Assembly (NCBI GenBank): GCA_963675745.2
Contig: CAXXWX010000007.1
Span: 1-64,000, forward strand
Direction: 5' to 3'
DNA length: 64,000 bases
Origin: Phycisphaerae bacterium
GTDB taxonomy: Bacteria > Planctomycetota > Phycisphaerae > UBA1845 > Fen-1342
How positions within the stretch are numbered: the first letter of the stretch is position 1; every line of letters starts with the position of its first letter. Under the pieces are notes generated by a model. The model was not told the origin of the DNA. It saw only the letters and a program-made list of their open reading frames with translations, and did no database searches. The position numbers and the translations under genes were made by a program. This document shows positions 47,037-57,622 of the stretch, piece by piece.

Positions 47037-48976
47037 TCAAGTGTAGCGGCCGGCGTTTGGGCCGAGCACGCGCTCGTCACCTTTTCGTTTCGTTATTCCC
47101 GCCGCGTCCAGCCGTTCGGCCATCGGCACGGCGAATTTGCGGGTTGTGCCCAGCAGCGTGCGCAGGGCGCTCATCGTCACGCCGCCGCCGTCACGAATGG
47201 CCGCGACCACGGTGCGGCTCAACTCTTCCCAGCGCTGCTCGTGCAACAGGATATCGTCGGAGATGCGCACCAGGCGCCCGCGCGCCAGTGCCCATTTAAT
47301 CAGCTCGCGCGCGCGCCTGGAGTTTTTGGGCGTGATCGCGCTGAGTGACGCCGGCGCCGGCGGCTGAAACCCCGCATCCGCGAGTTCGTCGAGTATCTGC
47401 GAGAGCAACGCTTCATCGGCCGGCGGCAGGCGATCGCTGTGATCAACCGGCACGACCATTTCCTTGTCGAGTGCCACGCACTCCTGGGCAAAGAGCCACT
47501 CGATCAGCGCCGGATGCAGCCGCGCGGGACAGGCTTTCGGCATCCAGGCCGGCCACTCGACCCGCGGCACTCCCGCCCGGCGCGGGTTGTCCGCCAGGTA
47601 TCGACCGAGCCGCTGCGCGAGTTGGGTCTGGAGCCTCTGCAAGTGGTCGGCGTGAATGTACGTTGGCGTGGACGACACCTCGATTACCTGAACCTGTTGT
47701 TTGCCGCGCAGCCGGCCAAGGAGATCGCGCAGCTCATCCAGGTCGCGCAGACCGGCGCGGGTGACCAGCCGCGGCTCGGCGCAGGTGTTCCACTCGGCGG
47801 CGCGTATTACTTCGGCCAGACGTGCTTCGGGCACATCGCCGGCCAGCGCTTGCAAGCCGGGCTGATGGGCGGGGTGTTTGGCGGTCCACGGCCGCGTAAC
47901 CGGTCGCAGGACGCGCCCGCCGCCGAGCGTTCGCGCGCCGGCCTCGTCGCGCAGTATGAATCGCTGTCCCCACGCCGCCACAACCGGCTCGGCGCACACC
48001 GAAGTTGGCCGAAGGTCTTCTGAACACGCAGGTCGGCGGGTGGTTCGAGCAACCTGAGCTCGGCGAGCAGTTCACGCGTGGCCAGATGCAGGCGCAGGCG
48101 GATGTTCTGCCGCCTGGTTTTGCCCGGCATGGTGAGCCATTCGATCTCCACGTCGAGGAAACGCGACGCCTCCAGATACCCGGGCGTCGCCAGCTCACAA
48201 CCCCGCTGAACATCTGTCAGCGGTATACTCGCCAGATTCGCGCCCAACCGCATCCGGCCCGCTGCCCGCCCGGCGTGTGCTCGATGCGTCTCCAGGTCGC
48301 GCAGGCGAACCAGCTTGCCCGCGGGCCAGAGCTCGAGCTCGTCCCCCGGCGCCGCCGCCCCGTGCATTACCGAGCCGGTGACTACCGTGCCGCGGCCGGT
48401 TATCGAGAATGCCCGGTCAATCGGCAGGCGGAACCACCCGCTTGTTTGCGGCTGGTCATCGGAGCGCGCCAGCGACAGGAGACAGGTGCGCAGCTCGTCA
48501 ATCCCGCGACCGCTCTCCGCCGACGCGCGCAACACGCGCAAGGGCTCGAGGTTCAGCGATCCCAGCAGGTCACGCACCTCTTCCTCGACCGCGTCGGCCC
48601 ATTCGTCATCGACCAGGTCCATCTTGTTCAGCACGACGACGCAGCGGCGTACGCCGAGCAGGCTGAGCAACTCCGCGTGCTCGCGCGTCTGCGGCATGAC
48701 AGAGTCGTCAGCGGCCACGACCAGTAGCGCGACATCGACGCCGGTCGCCCCGGCCACCATGTTGCGAATGAAGCGTTCGTGCCCCGGCACATCGACGAAG
48801 TACACGGTTGCATCCTCGGCCCGCAACACGGCGAAACCGAGGTCGATGGTCATGCCGCGGTCCTTCTCCTCGGCCAGCCGGTCGGGGTCCGTGCCGGTCA
48901 GCGCCAGCACCAACCGGCTCTTGCCGTGATCTATGTGTCCGGCGGTGCCGATGACGATTTGCCGCGGAAGTACCAT
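47037..48976 (-). pseudogene. selB: selenocysteine-specific elongation factor SelB, split by a frameshift near 47995-48000
   Basis: GTAGHIDHGKS, EEKDRGMTIDLGF, DVPGHERF, NKMD in one frame; EPVVAAWGQRFILRD..RTLGGG and winged-helix TTRKFAVP in another. Confidence 0.88.
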
Positions 48977-49072
48977 GATGTTGACTCTACCCCGCGGGCG
49001 CGCTTGTGACCAGCCGGCGCCCGGCACGGGGGAGGTGCATCAGGCCGTGTACCGCCCCATCCCCCGCGTTGA

Positions 49073-49891
49073 CTATCTGCCCAATGCCCGGCTGCGCTCA
49101 AACGCGGCAACGACACCCGCAACGATGTCCTCAAAGACCGCGTCGTCGCGCAGCCGCGCCATGGCGGCGGCGGTCGTGCCACCCGGCGACGTGACTTTCT
49201 CGCGCAGCACACTCGGCGGCTCGCCCGCTTCGATCATCATGCGCGCCGCGCCCAGGCAGGTCTGCCGCGCGAGCAGGTTGGCGTGCTGCGGTGAGAGGCC
49301 GATGCGCGTGGCGGCCTCGATGATCGCTTCGGTGAAGAAGTAGTAATACGCCGGCCCGGTGCCGGAGACCGCGGTGACGGCGTCCATCAGGGCTTCATCC
49401 TCGATGTGTACGCTCTTGCCGCCGGCGTCGAAAATGCGCTGGGCGCGCAGCAAGTCGGCCTCGCTCGCGTGTTGCCCGGGATGCACACCGGCCATCCCCG
49501 CGCCGACATGGGATGCCAGATTCGGCATAACTCGCACCACCCGCGCCTTGATGTGCGGCAGGGCGGCCTCGATCGCCGCGGTTGATACGCCCGCCATGAT
49601 CGACACCACCACCTGATCTTCGCGCACCAGGTCGGCGAATCCTTCGATCACCTCGCGATACAATTGCGGCTTGACCGCCAGCAGGAGGATGTAGCTCTCG
49701 CGCACCACGTGCCGGTTGTCCTCGGTAACCGCGATGTTGAAGCGGTCATGAAACACGGCCCGGCGCTGCTCGCTGGGATCGGCTGCAATAATCCGGTCAT
49801 CCAGCAGGATGCTGTTCCGCAGGACGCCGTGAACAATGCCCTCGGCCGCGTTGCCGGCTCCGATCACGCCGATCTCGTATTGTGCGAGCAT
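49073..49891 (-). CDS. proC: pyrroline-5-carboxylate reductase
   Basis: IGAGN, LAVKPQ, VRVMPN, AVSGTGPAY, VTSPGGTT. Confidence 0.95.
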   Translation of the reverse strand: MLAQYEIGVIGAGNAAEGIVHGVLRNSILLDDRIIAADPSEQRRAVFHDRFNIAVTEDNRHVVRESYILLLAVKPQLYREVIEGFADLVREDQVVVSIMAGVSTAAIEAALPHIKARVVRVMPNLASHVGAGMAGVHPGQHASEADLLRAQRIFDAGGKSVHIEDEALMDAVTAVSGTGPAYYYFFTEAIIEAATRIGLSPQHANLLARQTCLGAARMMIEAGEPPSVLREKVTSPGGTTAAAMARLRDDAVFEDIVAGVVAAFERSRALGR

Positions 49892-50021
49892 GCGCCTACT
49901 CCTTCGCGTTGTCTGGCGACCCGTATGCTATGAAGATGACGGGGGCGCGTAAACGGTTGCGCCGCTCGCCTTCATGCTACAATCAGCGTGGAGCAGCTTC
50001 CCTCGTTGGCGAGTTAAGTGC

Positions 50022-51182
50022 ATGTCGAGGAATGGCCGAGTGGTAGTGGCGATGTCGGGCGGCGTGGATTCGTCCGTCGCCGCCTGCCTGCTGAAGGAGC
50101 AGGGCTACGCCTGCGTTGGAGTGTTCATGCGCGTCGGCGCCGAGCACGCGGCCGGCGAGGCGTGTGCGGTCCCGCAGACCGGTGAGCCGGCGCGCCGGTT
50201 GAAGCACGGCTGTTGCTCGGCGGCCGACGCACTCGACGCCCGGGCGCTGGCCGGCAAGCTGGGCATCCCGTTTTACGCGCTGAATTTTGAGGCTGACTTC
50301 AACGGCCTTATCAGCGAGTTCGTAGATGAGTACGCCCGCGCGCGCACACCAAATCCGTGCATTCGCTGCAATATCGAGCTCAAGTTTGGAAAGCTGCTGC
50401 GTTATGCCGACGCGCTGGACGCCGAGTTCGTCGCTACCGGACATTACGCTCGCGTCTACCCGCGTGACGATGGGCGCCCGGTTCTGGCCCGCGCGCGCAA
50501 CGTGGCCAAAGATCAGTCATACGTGCTCTTTGGGATCCGGCGCGGCGATCTGCCGCGTTGTCTGCTGCCGTTGGGCGAGATGGCTGACAAGGCCGAGGTC
50601 AGGCGCGTGGCGGCGTCGCTGGGACTTGCCGTACACGATAAGCCGGACAGCCAGGAAATCTGCTTCGTGCCGGGCGGCGACTACAGGCAGCTCGCACGTC
50701 AGCGGCGCCCCGGCGTGCGGCGGGACGGGGAGATTCACGACACCTCAGGCAACGTGGTCGGCCAACACGAGGGTGTGTATGCCTACACGATCGGGCAACG
50801 GCGCGGGCTGGCGCTGGCCATGGGTTATCCGATCTACATCACTGAACTGAATGCGGACACCAACCGTGTGATCGTCGGTCGCAAGGAAGATCTGCTTCGC
50901 GCCGGTTTGGTCGCCGGCGATGTTAACTGGCTCGTTGATCCGCCCTCGGAAACCGTGCCCGCTGACATCAAGATCCGCCACCAGCACAAGCCGGTCGGGG
51001 GGAACATTCGAGTATTGCCGGACGGCGATGTCGAAGCACGCTTCGATCAGCCGCAGATCGCGGTCACGCCGGGACAGGCCGCGGTGTTCTATGACAACGA
51101 AGGTGTTGTGCTGGGCGGCGGGTGGATCCACCGTGCGCTTCGGGAACCTGTAGCGTCCGACGCCCCTGTCGGACGTGATTGA
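50022..51182 (+). CDS. mnmA: tRNA 2-thiouridylase
   Basis: AMSGGVDSS, TPNPCIRCN, ATGHY, KDQSY, DSQEICF, TIGQRRG, VTPGQ. Confidence 0.96.
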   Translation: MSRNGRVVVAMSGGVDSSVAACLLKEQGYACVGVFMRVGAEHAAGEACAVPQTGEPARRLKHGCCSAADALDARALAGKLGIPFYALNFEADFNGLISEFVDEYARARTPNPCIRCNIELKFGKLLRYADALDAEFVATGHYARVYPRDDGRPVLARARNVAKDQSYVLFGIRRGDLPRCLLPLGEMADKAEVRRVAASLGLAVHDKPDSQEICFVPGGDYRQLARQRRPGVRRDGEIHDTSGNVVGQHEGVYAYTIGQRRGLALAMGYPIYITELNADTNRVIVGRKEDLLRAGLVAGDVNWLVDPPSETVPADIKIRHQHKPVGGNIRVLPDGDVEARFDQPQIAVTPGQAAVFYDNEGVVLGGGWIHRALREPVASDAPVGRD

Positions 51183-51232
51183 CCGGCGTGCATTCTGTCA
51201 ACGTCACGGCCGACTCTGGGAGCTGGCGACAC
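51150..51232. repeat. REP doublet homologous (inverted) to 13225-13308
   Basis: GTAG-CGTCCGAC-N6-GTCGGACG (51150-51175), spacer containing CGTGCATTCT, degenerate second arm 51207-51232. Confidence 0.7.
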
Positions 51233-51248
51233 TGTCAGGTGAAACGCC

Positions 51249-54104
51249 TTAAACACGAAGACTCGAACCGCTGCGCGCGAGCAGGCAGTCCGTCGCCGTG
51301 CTGCATCTGCGCGAGATGATGAAGCCGTAAACGGCAATCGCGCAGAGTGCGATGATGGCGAAGAAGGACGTATCGGCGTACCAGGCACCGGTGTCGAATG
51401 TCATTGGATACAGCAGGTATATCGAGCAGACCAGCACGCCGATCATGACCGGGAGCGGCCCGAAACGTTGCAGGGCCCATACGCCGGCGCCGATGCAGAC
51501 CAGTCCGATCATCAGCCACGAAACAGCCGGGTTCGTGCCGCGCGGGACAAACATGGGCGCGATGAGCAGCACCGTCGCCAGGCTTGCCAGGGCGGGCCGT
51601 TTCAGCCAGACGCGCAGCATTACCAGCAGCAGGAGCACGAAGAGCCCCTCATAGATGGCATGGCGCAGGGCGTCGAGCCCGACGCCGAGCGCATAGCGCC
51701 CACTGAGCACCGCCAGAAACGCCTCGCGATCACGCCAGACCTCGCGCGCCCTGAGGCCGAGCAGATGTGTGACGTGCCAGTCCGACAGCAATGCCAGCGC
51801 CCAAAGCGACCCGAGCACGGCCCCCAACAACAAGTCACGCCCGACGAGCGGATCGGAAATTCTCCCGGCCAACAGGCGGCTCCATGAAATCAGCGTGTGC
51901 GGCCAGAAGCGGCGTACGTAAGGTTCCAAAGCCGCGTAAAACAGCCCGACCATGGTCGCCTCGCCCAGCGCGCCCAACACGGCCAATACCACGAGAGTCC
52001 ACTCCTGGTCGAAGTCGGCCGCGTGGCGCGCCAACAGCAGCCAGGCCGTCAGGCGTATGCCGAAGATAGCCGCGGCCACGCGCAGCGCGCCGCGCACGTC
52101 GCCACGTCCGCTGCGCACGTTGGCGCGCGCCAGTGGCAGGGCCCCAATCAGCAGAGCCGCAACTATCAGCGTGCGTGAATAGTCGACCAGCCGCCGCCGA
52201 AACGTCTCACGCGATGATTGCAGCGCGCTTGCCAGACGCAGCTTGTCACTGAGCACGGCGAACAGCACGGGCTGATCGCGAAACGCGGCACCTTCGACGT
52301 ACACGCGCTGCTCGGGCCGATCGGGATGCGGTCCGGTCCAGGCGACGCGCGTGTCGGCATACGTGCGCGGCCGGCTGCGCGGCTCGGCGGGTTGCATCAG
52401 CTTCAGATCCAGACCGGCCGCCGCGAACAATGACGGCCAATCCGGGGCGCGCGGCGGACCGTCGCGCTGTTCATACAAGTGTTGGATATGCTCGTATCCC
52501 AGCAGGCGGCCGTCAGGGTCTATCGTCAGGCGGCGCGAGCCCGGATACACCGGCGGCGGGTCGTCGAACAGCACCCGACTTCGACCGAAGATCAAATTCG
52601 CCGGCGAGTTGGGCATCAGCCGCGTTTCGCTCTGTCGATACCAGAACACCACGTCCGAACGCCCGGTGGTGGCGTAATCAACCACGGCGCGCTCGCCAGC
52701 GGGCGTGATCGTGTCAACCAGATCACACCGCAGGCCGGAAGACAGACCATACGCCGAGTCACCAGCATTCGCGCCGTACCCCAATGTGCTGAGCAACTCG
52801 CGCGCGCGGTGGGCCAGCACCGTGGGCGACTCGGTGCAACTTCGCCAGTCGGGTGTGTGCCCGGTCTGCGGCATGAGCACGATCGCCACCAGCATCGCGA
52901 TGAACGCGGCCAGCGCATATATGCACCAGCACGTGCCCAGGCCGGTCACGCCGCCCGCGGCGGCGATCAGCTCCGGCGATGGGGTTTGCCCGGCGGAGAC
53001 GGCGATCGCCAGCACATCGCCGCCCGGCAACGCCGCCGCCACCGCCAGGGCCGACGCGGGTCGGCGACGCGGATCACGCTCCAGACACTGCAAAATCACG
53101 CGCTCAATCAGCGGATCGATATCGCTGTGCAACGTGGACGGCGATGAGGGGATCTTGTGCTCATACTGGTGCATCAGGTCGGCCACACTCGTGGCTTCAA
53201 ACGCGGGCCGACCGGTGAACAACTCGTAGAGCACCAGTCCCAGCGCGAACACATCGCTGCGCACCGAGACGTCACGGCCGGCAAGCTGCTCAGGAGCCAT
53301 GTATGCCGGCGTGCCCGCCTGGACGTCATCGGCACCGATCTCCTCGCGATGCCCCGCCAGGCCAAAATCCGTGATGCGCACGCGGCCGTCACTGTCGAGC
53401 ATGATGTTTGCCGGCTTCAGATCGCGGTGCAGCACGCCCTTTGCGTGGGCCGCGGCCAGACCGGCGCAAATCTGATGGGCAATATCCAGGGCCTTGTCGG
53501 CGGGCAAACGGCCGATGCGGCGCTGGAGCGCGGCGAGGTTCTCGCCGTCGATATACTCCATCGAAATGAAGTGCTCGCCCTCCCAATCACCAATGTCATA
53601 GACGCGGCACAGGTTCGCGTGACTGATCTGTCGCGCCACCCGCACTTCATGCCGAAACCGATCAAGCCAGGTCGCGTCGGCGGAGAGATTCGTCATCAGG
53701 TACTTCAGCGCCACGGGCTGATCGAGGGCAAGATCGTCAGCCCGGTAGACTTCGCCCATCCCGCCGCGGCCCAACAGCGCGCTGATACGGTAGCGATTGG
53801 CGATAACCGTGCCCGGCGTGAATCCGTGATCGGAGTCGCGCGCGATTCCCGAGCGCGGCGACTTTGGCCCATGCGATGCCGGTCGCGTCGGTTCGGCGAC
53901 GCCGGCCGGAGTAGCGCCCGCGGAGGTCTTGCCGAGTGCCGCCCCCGATGCAGCATCGTTGTTGTGCCGCAACAGCGTCAACACCTCGTCGCGCAGGGCA
54001 CAGTCGTCGCCGCTGGAAAGACGCACGTATGCCTCGCGCTCGTCGGGCGGTCTCTCGCACGCGGCGAGGAACAACTCTCTGACACGATCGTGCGGCTGGG
54101 GCAT
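51249..54104 (-). CDS. Hanks-type Ser/Thr protein kinase with multi-pass membrane domain
   Basis: LGRGGMGEVY, VALK, HRDLKPAN, DFG, GTPAYMAPE; about 8 C-terminal TM helices. Confidence 0.93.
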   Translation of the reverse strand: MPQPHDRVRELFLAACERPPDEREAYVRLSSGDDCALRDEVLTLLRHNNDAASGAALGKTSAGATPAGVAEPTRPASHGPKSPRSGIARDSDHGFTPGTVIANRYRISALLGRGGMGEVYRADDLALDQPVALKYLMTNLSADATWLDRFRHEVRVARQISHANLCRVYDIGDWEGEHFISMEYIDGENLAALQRRIGRLPADKALDIAHQICAGLAAAHAKGVLHRDLKPANIMLDSDGRVRITDFGLAGHREEIGADDVQAGTPAYMAPEQLAGRDVSVRSDVFALGLVLYELFTGRPAFEATSVADLMHQYEHKIPSSPSTLHSDIDPLIERVILQCLERDPRRRPASALAVAAALPGGDVLAIAVSAGQTPSPELIAAAGGVTGLGTCWCIYALAAFIAMLVAIVLMPQTGHTPDWRSCTESPTVLAHRARELLSTLGYGANAGDSAYGLSSGLRCDLVDTITPAGERAVVDYATTGRSDVVFWYRQSETRLMPNSPANLIFGRSRVLFDDPPPVYPGSRRLTIDPDGRLLGYEHIQHLYEQRDGPPRAPDWPSLFAAAGLDLKLMQPAEPRSRPRTYADTRVAWTGPHPDRPEQRVYVEGAAFRDQPVLFAVLSDKLRLASALQSSRETFRRRLVDYSRTLIVAALLIGALPLARANVRSGRGDVRGALRVAAAIFGIRLTAWLLLARHAADFDQEWTLVVLAVLGALGEATMVGLFYAALEPYVRRFWPHTLISWSRLLAGRISDPLVGRDLLLGAVLGSLWALALLSDWHVTHLLGLRAREVWRDREAFLAVLSGRYALGVGLDALRHAIYEGLFVLLLLVMLRVWLKRPALASLATVLLIAPMFVPRGTNPAVSWLMIGLVCIGAGVWALQRFGPLPVMIGVLVCSIYLLYPMTFDTGAWYADTSFFAIIALCAIAVYGFIISRRCSTATDCLLARSGSSLRV

Positions 54105-54177
54105 TTGTGTGGGTCCGCGCCGTTTATTACCCGCGAGACTCGCCGTATACCAGACAGGTGCCGGTGCCCGGCAGTGC

Positions 54178-56163
54178 CTACTTCTTGTCGCCGCGCTTGT
54201 CGCCGCGCGCCGCGCGTTTTCGTGTAGCGCGCTTCGGCTTAGTGGGCGGTGCCGTGGTCTCTTTCGTCGCTTGAGTGTCGCCCGCGGGGGTCGGTTTATG
54301 ACTCGGGTGGAGCTTGGCAAACGCCAGCCGGTACGCCGCGTTGTAATTGCCGATCAGTCGCGTCCAGTCAAAATACTCGGCATGGCCCTCGGTTTTGTTG
54401 CGCAGGGCAATGCGTTCCCGGCGCGTCGTGCGCGTCAGTGCGTGGACCCAATTCACGATCTGTCCGACAGCGGTGCCCGTCGGCGCGCCGTTGCGCCTGG
54501 CCACGTATATCCCGCTCTCTTCATGCCGGGGGAGATTCTCCATGGCAAACGTGCCAAAGCCGCTGAGATCGCTGGTGATGGCCGGCACGCCGCGAACGAT
54601 GCACTCCAACGGCGTGTAACCCCACGGCTCGTAGTACGAGGGAAAGACGCCCAGGTGACAGCCGCGCACAAACTGGTCGTATTCAAGCCCGAGCAACGGA
54701 CTGGTGGCGGTCATGAACTCGGGGTGGAAGACGATTTTGACGCGGTCGTCCGGCAGATTCCAAAGCCCGCGGTGGCGCAGGTGCCTGAGCACCGGGTCGT
54801 TGTCCTGGTCGATCAGGTCGTGCGTGATGATGGTGGGCAGCGGACCCTGATGCAGAGCATACATCATGCGCTTCAGCCGCAGGGTCGCATACTCGTCGAG
54901 CAAATCGTCGATCGTCGGCATCTTGCCGCGGGCCACCGTGCGGAACAGCTTGCGACCGATCTCCGACGTGATCGTCTCGCAGGTGTCGCGCAGCTCATTG
55001 AACATGGCCTGCCGGTTCAACGTCTCGACATTCAGCGCATGATACCTGGCGCGTGTCACGATAAACGCGATGACCGTGGCCGGAGAAGACTCCGCTTTCA
55101 TGCGCTGGTTCAGTTCGTGCAGCGCCTCAATAAACACGTCGAGCCCCTTGTTGCGATACTCATAGCGGCCGGACGTGAAGATGTAGTACGTATTGTCCAG
55201 GTCAAACGTGTAGCTGGGGAAGAAGTGCCCCATCACGAACTCATGAATCCGGTCGCGATACTGGCGATGCAGTATCTGGAATTCGTGCGGGGCGGAGAAA
55301 CGCTCGATATTGAGCCCGTTCGGCAATAGTACGTCCGCGTTACGCCCCAGAAACTGACGCGCTTCCAGCGCCGTGATCCCCGACACGGTTGTAAACACGT
55401 CGGCGGATTGCGCCGCCGCACCCTCCAGCGCATGCCGGTGGGCGAACCCGTGCTGATACGCGACAGCGGCACCGTCGATGCTCCCCAGGTGCTCGTACAG
55501 ATCCACATTGGCCGCGCTGATGTTGCGCCCCACGAGCGTCGCGTGCGTTGTGAAGACCGTCGCGATCGGCGTCTGGCGGTGTTTCAGCATCGGGACGGCG
55601 GCGGCACCTTGCCACTCATGAAAATGTGCCAGGATCGGCCGCCCGGAAATCAGCGGGCGAAGGGCTGTCAGAAACTCCGCCACGGCGTAGCCGAACGCGC
55701 AGCACTCGTCGAATTCGTACTCGTGATCCGGGCAACTGATGCCGTTGTCTTTCCAGAGGTGGTACTTGATCTCGCCGAGCTTGTGCGCCACGGATGCCAG
55801 GTCGACCAGCAGCACCTGCGGGCGCCCGGTGACCAGCCAGCGGCCAAAGTGCATGCGAATGCCGTGGCGACCGACCTCTTCGAGCGCGGCCTTGATCGGT
55901 CCACCCGGAGGGTGTGGCTCCAGCTCGACCTTGGCGGATGCCTCGCGGTAAGGTCCCATGAGATAGTACGAGTCGCGCCAACGCCGCACCGTGGCGGGTG
56001 CCTTGCTCCTCAGGACGGTGTAGATCCCTCCGACCTGCGTGCAGACTTCCCACGCAACCTCGAACAACATCGATGAGGCCGTGCGAATCTCCAGCAGGGC
56101 GGCGTCGCGCTTCGACGATCGTCCCAGATAGCTGCGCTCGTGCGGTTGCTTGGCTTGCGTCAT
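54178..56163 (-). CDS. glycogen synthase, GT3 (eukaryote-type) family
   Basis: FEVAWEVCTQVGGIYTV, HFHEW, FTTHAT, GRYEYRNKG, GVFPSYYEPWGYTP. Confidence 0.9.
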   Translation of the reverse strand: MTQAKQPHERSYLGRSSKRDAALLEIRTASSMLFEVAWEVCTQVGGIYTVLRSKAPATVRRWRDSYYLMGPYREASAKVELEPHPPGGPIKAALEEVGRHGIRMHFGRWLVTGRPQVLLVDLASVAHKLGEIKYHLWKDNGISCPDHEYEFDECCAFGYAVAEFLTALRPLISGRPILAHFHEWQGAAAVPMLKHRQTPIATVFTTHATLVGRNISAANVDLYEHLGSIDGAAVAYQHGFAHRHALEGAAAQSADVFTTVSGITALEARQFLGRNADVLLPNGLNIERFSAPHEFQILHRQYRDRIHEFVMGHFFPSYTFDLDNTYYIFTSGRYEYRNKGLDVFIEALHELNQRMKAESSPATVIAFIVTRARYHALNVETLNRQAMFNELRDTCETITSEIGRKLFRTVARGKMPTIDDLLDEYATLRLKRMMYALHQGPLPTIITHDLIDQDNDPVLRHLRHRGLWNLPDDRVKIVFHPEFMTATSPLLGLEYDQFVRGCHLGVFPSYYEPWGYTPLECIVRGVPAITSDLSGFGTFAMENLPRHEESGIYVARRNGAPTGTAVGQIVNWVHALTRTTRRERIALRNKTEGHAEYFDWTRLIGNYNAAYRLAFAKLHPSHKPTPAGDTQATKETTAPPTKPKRATRKRAARGDKRGDKK

Positions 56164-56367
56164 GGCGTGCTCGACTCCCGTGGCACGACGGGCGGGCAGG
56201 CGCCGCCGCGTCGTCAAAACGCAATGTAACGCGGGGGACGGGGATATCAACGCGCGAACATAGATGCGCTGCACCGCACGGCGTTCGAGTTCGCGGCGTT
56301 TGCCCCGAGCGATATGCCGCTGACACGGGGTCCAGGCGGTCACGGCGGCCGCTGGAAACCGCTGTTT

Positions 56368-57381
56368 CTACTGCTGGCCCTCGTTGAGTTTGAGCAGTAG
56401 ATCCGGCCAGCCGAAATTGGAAAACACGCCCCCGGTGTGCAGGAACACCGCCGGCCGCTCGCGCCCCCAGCGTCCCGCGCGCACACCGTCCACGACCGCG
56501 GTGAAGGCCTTCCCAGTGTAGACCGGATCGAGCACGACGGCCTCGGTGCGCGCCAGTAGACGAATCGTGCGCAGCGCCTCGTCATACGGGATTGCGTAAC
56601 CCGGGCCGACATAACCGTCCACGAACCGCAGCATCTCGGGCTCGACCGCGACCGGACGCCCGAATTGCTCAACAGTCGCCCGACACAGGCTCAGTATCGA
56701 GCGCTGGTGAAAGGCAACGTCGTCACTGACGGGAACGCCCCAGATGTCGATGTGTTCGAGGCCATAGAGGCAGCGCCCGAGCAGCAGGCCGGCGTAGGTG
56801 CCCCCCGATGAGACGGCCGTGATCAGGTCGCAACTCTCGAGCCCGCTGTGGCGCATTTGCGCGTCCAGTTCCTTAATCGCGCGCATATACGCCCAGCATC
56901 CCAGCGGTTCCGATGCGCCCATCGGCGTAAAGCGGGGCCGGCGTCCGGCACGGGTTAAATCGCGACACACTCGCTCGACTATTCCCGCGCGGTCAGCCTC
57001 GAACCGCCCGCGGGGGAACTCCAGCAGTTCGGCGCCGAAGAGCACGTCAAGCAGATGATTGCCTTGTGGGCGGTCGGTCGCCTCGGGTCGCAGCAGCAGT
57101 GTGCAGTGCAGCCCCAGCTTGGCGCAGATTGCCGCCGCCGCGCGGCAGTGATTCGATTGCGGCGTGCCTTCGGTCACCAGCGTGTCCGCGCCGGAGGCCA
57201 GCATTTCGGCCGCGATGTACTCGAGTTTGCGGACTTTGTTGCCGGTGACTTCGAGCCCGGACAGGTCGTCTCGTTTCATCCAGAGGTGTACGCCACCCAA
57301 CTCGCCGCTGAGACGATCCAGGGGCACCAGTGGTGTGGGCAGCAACGCAAGGGGCAGGCGGTCCGGCTCGTTCGTCGTCAT
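56368..57381 (-). CDS. D-cysteine desulfhydrase/ACC deaminase family PLP enzyme
   Basis: KRDDL, GNKVRKLEY, QSNHCR, LDPVYTGKA, FLHTGG. Confidence 0.9.
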   Translation of the reverse strand: MTTNEPDRLPLALLPTPLVPLDRLSGELGGVHLWMKRDDLSGLEVTGNKVRKLEYIAAEMLASGADTLVTEGTPQSNHCRAAAAICAKLGLHCTLLLRPEATDRPQGNHLLDVLFGAELLEFPRGRFEADRAGIVERVCRDLTRAGRRPRFTPMGASEPLGCWAYMRAIKELDAQMRHSGLESCDLITAVSSGGTYAGLLLGRCLYGLEHIDIWGVPVSDDVAFHQRSILSLCRATVEQFGRPVAVEPEMLRFVDGYVGPGYAIPYDEALRTIRLLARTEAVVLDPVYTGKAFTAVVDGVRAGRWGRERPAVFLHTGGVFSNFGWPDLLLKLNEGQQ

Positions 57382-57570
57382 CGGTAGCCTCCGATAGTCG
57401 GCCGCGAGGTAGTGTACCGCGCATGGCCGACTCTGGCGGCGCCGAGCGTCTGATGGGCACATGTGATCTGCCCGCCGCGCAGCCGTTCGGGGCTCGACCT
57501 AGAGAAATTCCCCCCCGGTTTACGCAGACCGTGCGCGATACGATAATACAGGTAGGCGCGATTGGGTAAT

Positions 57571-57605
57571 TCCCGCTTGACGCGGGACAAGATACCGGTT
57601 AGTCT
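57571..57605 (+). promoter_or_regulatory. candidate sigma70 promoter with palindrome over the -35
   Basis: TTGACG (57577)-N17-TAGTCT (57600); TCCCGC-N5-GCGGGA at 57571-57587. Confidence 0.45.
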
Positions 57606-57622
57606 TCATTGTAGGAGTAAGT

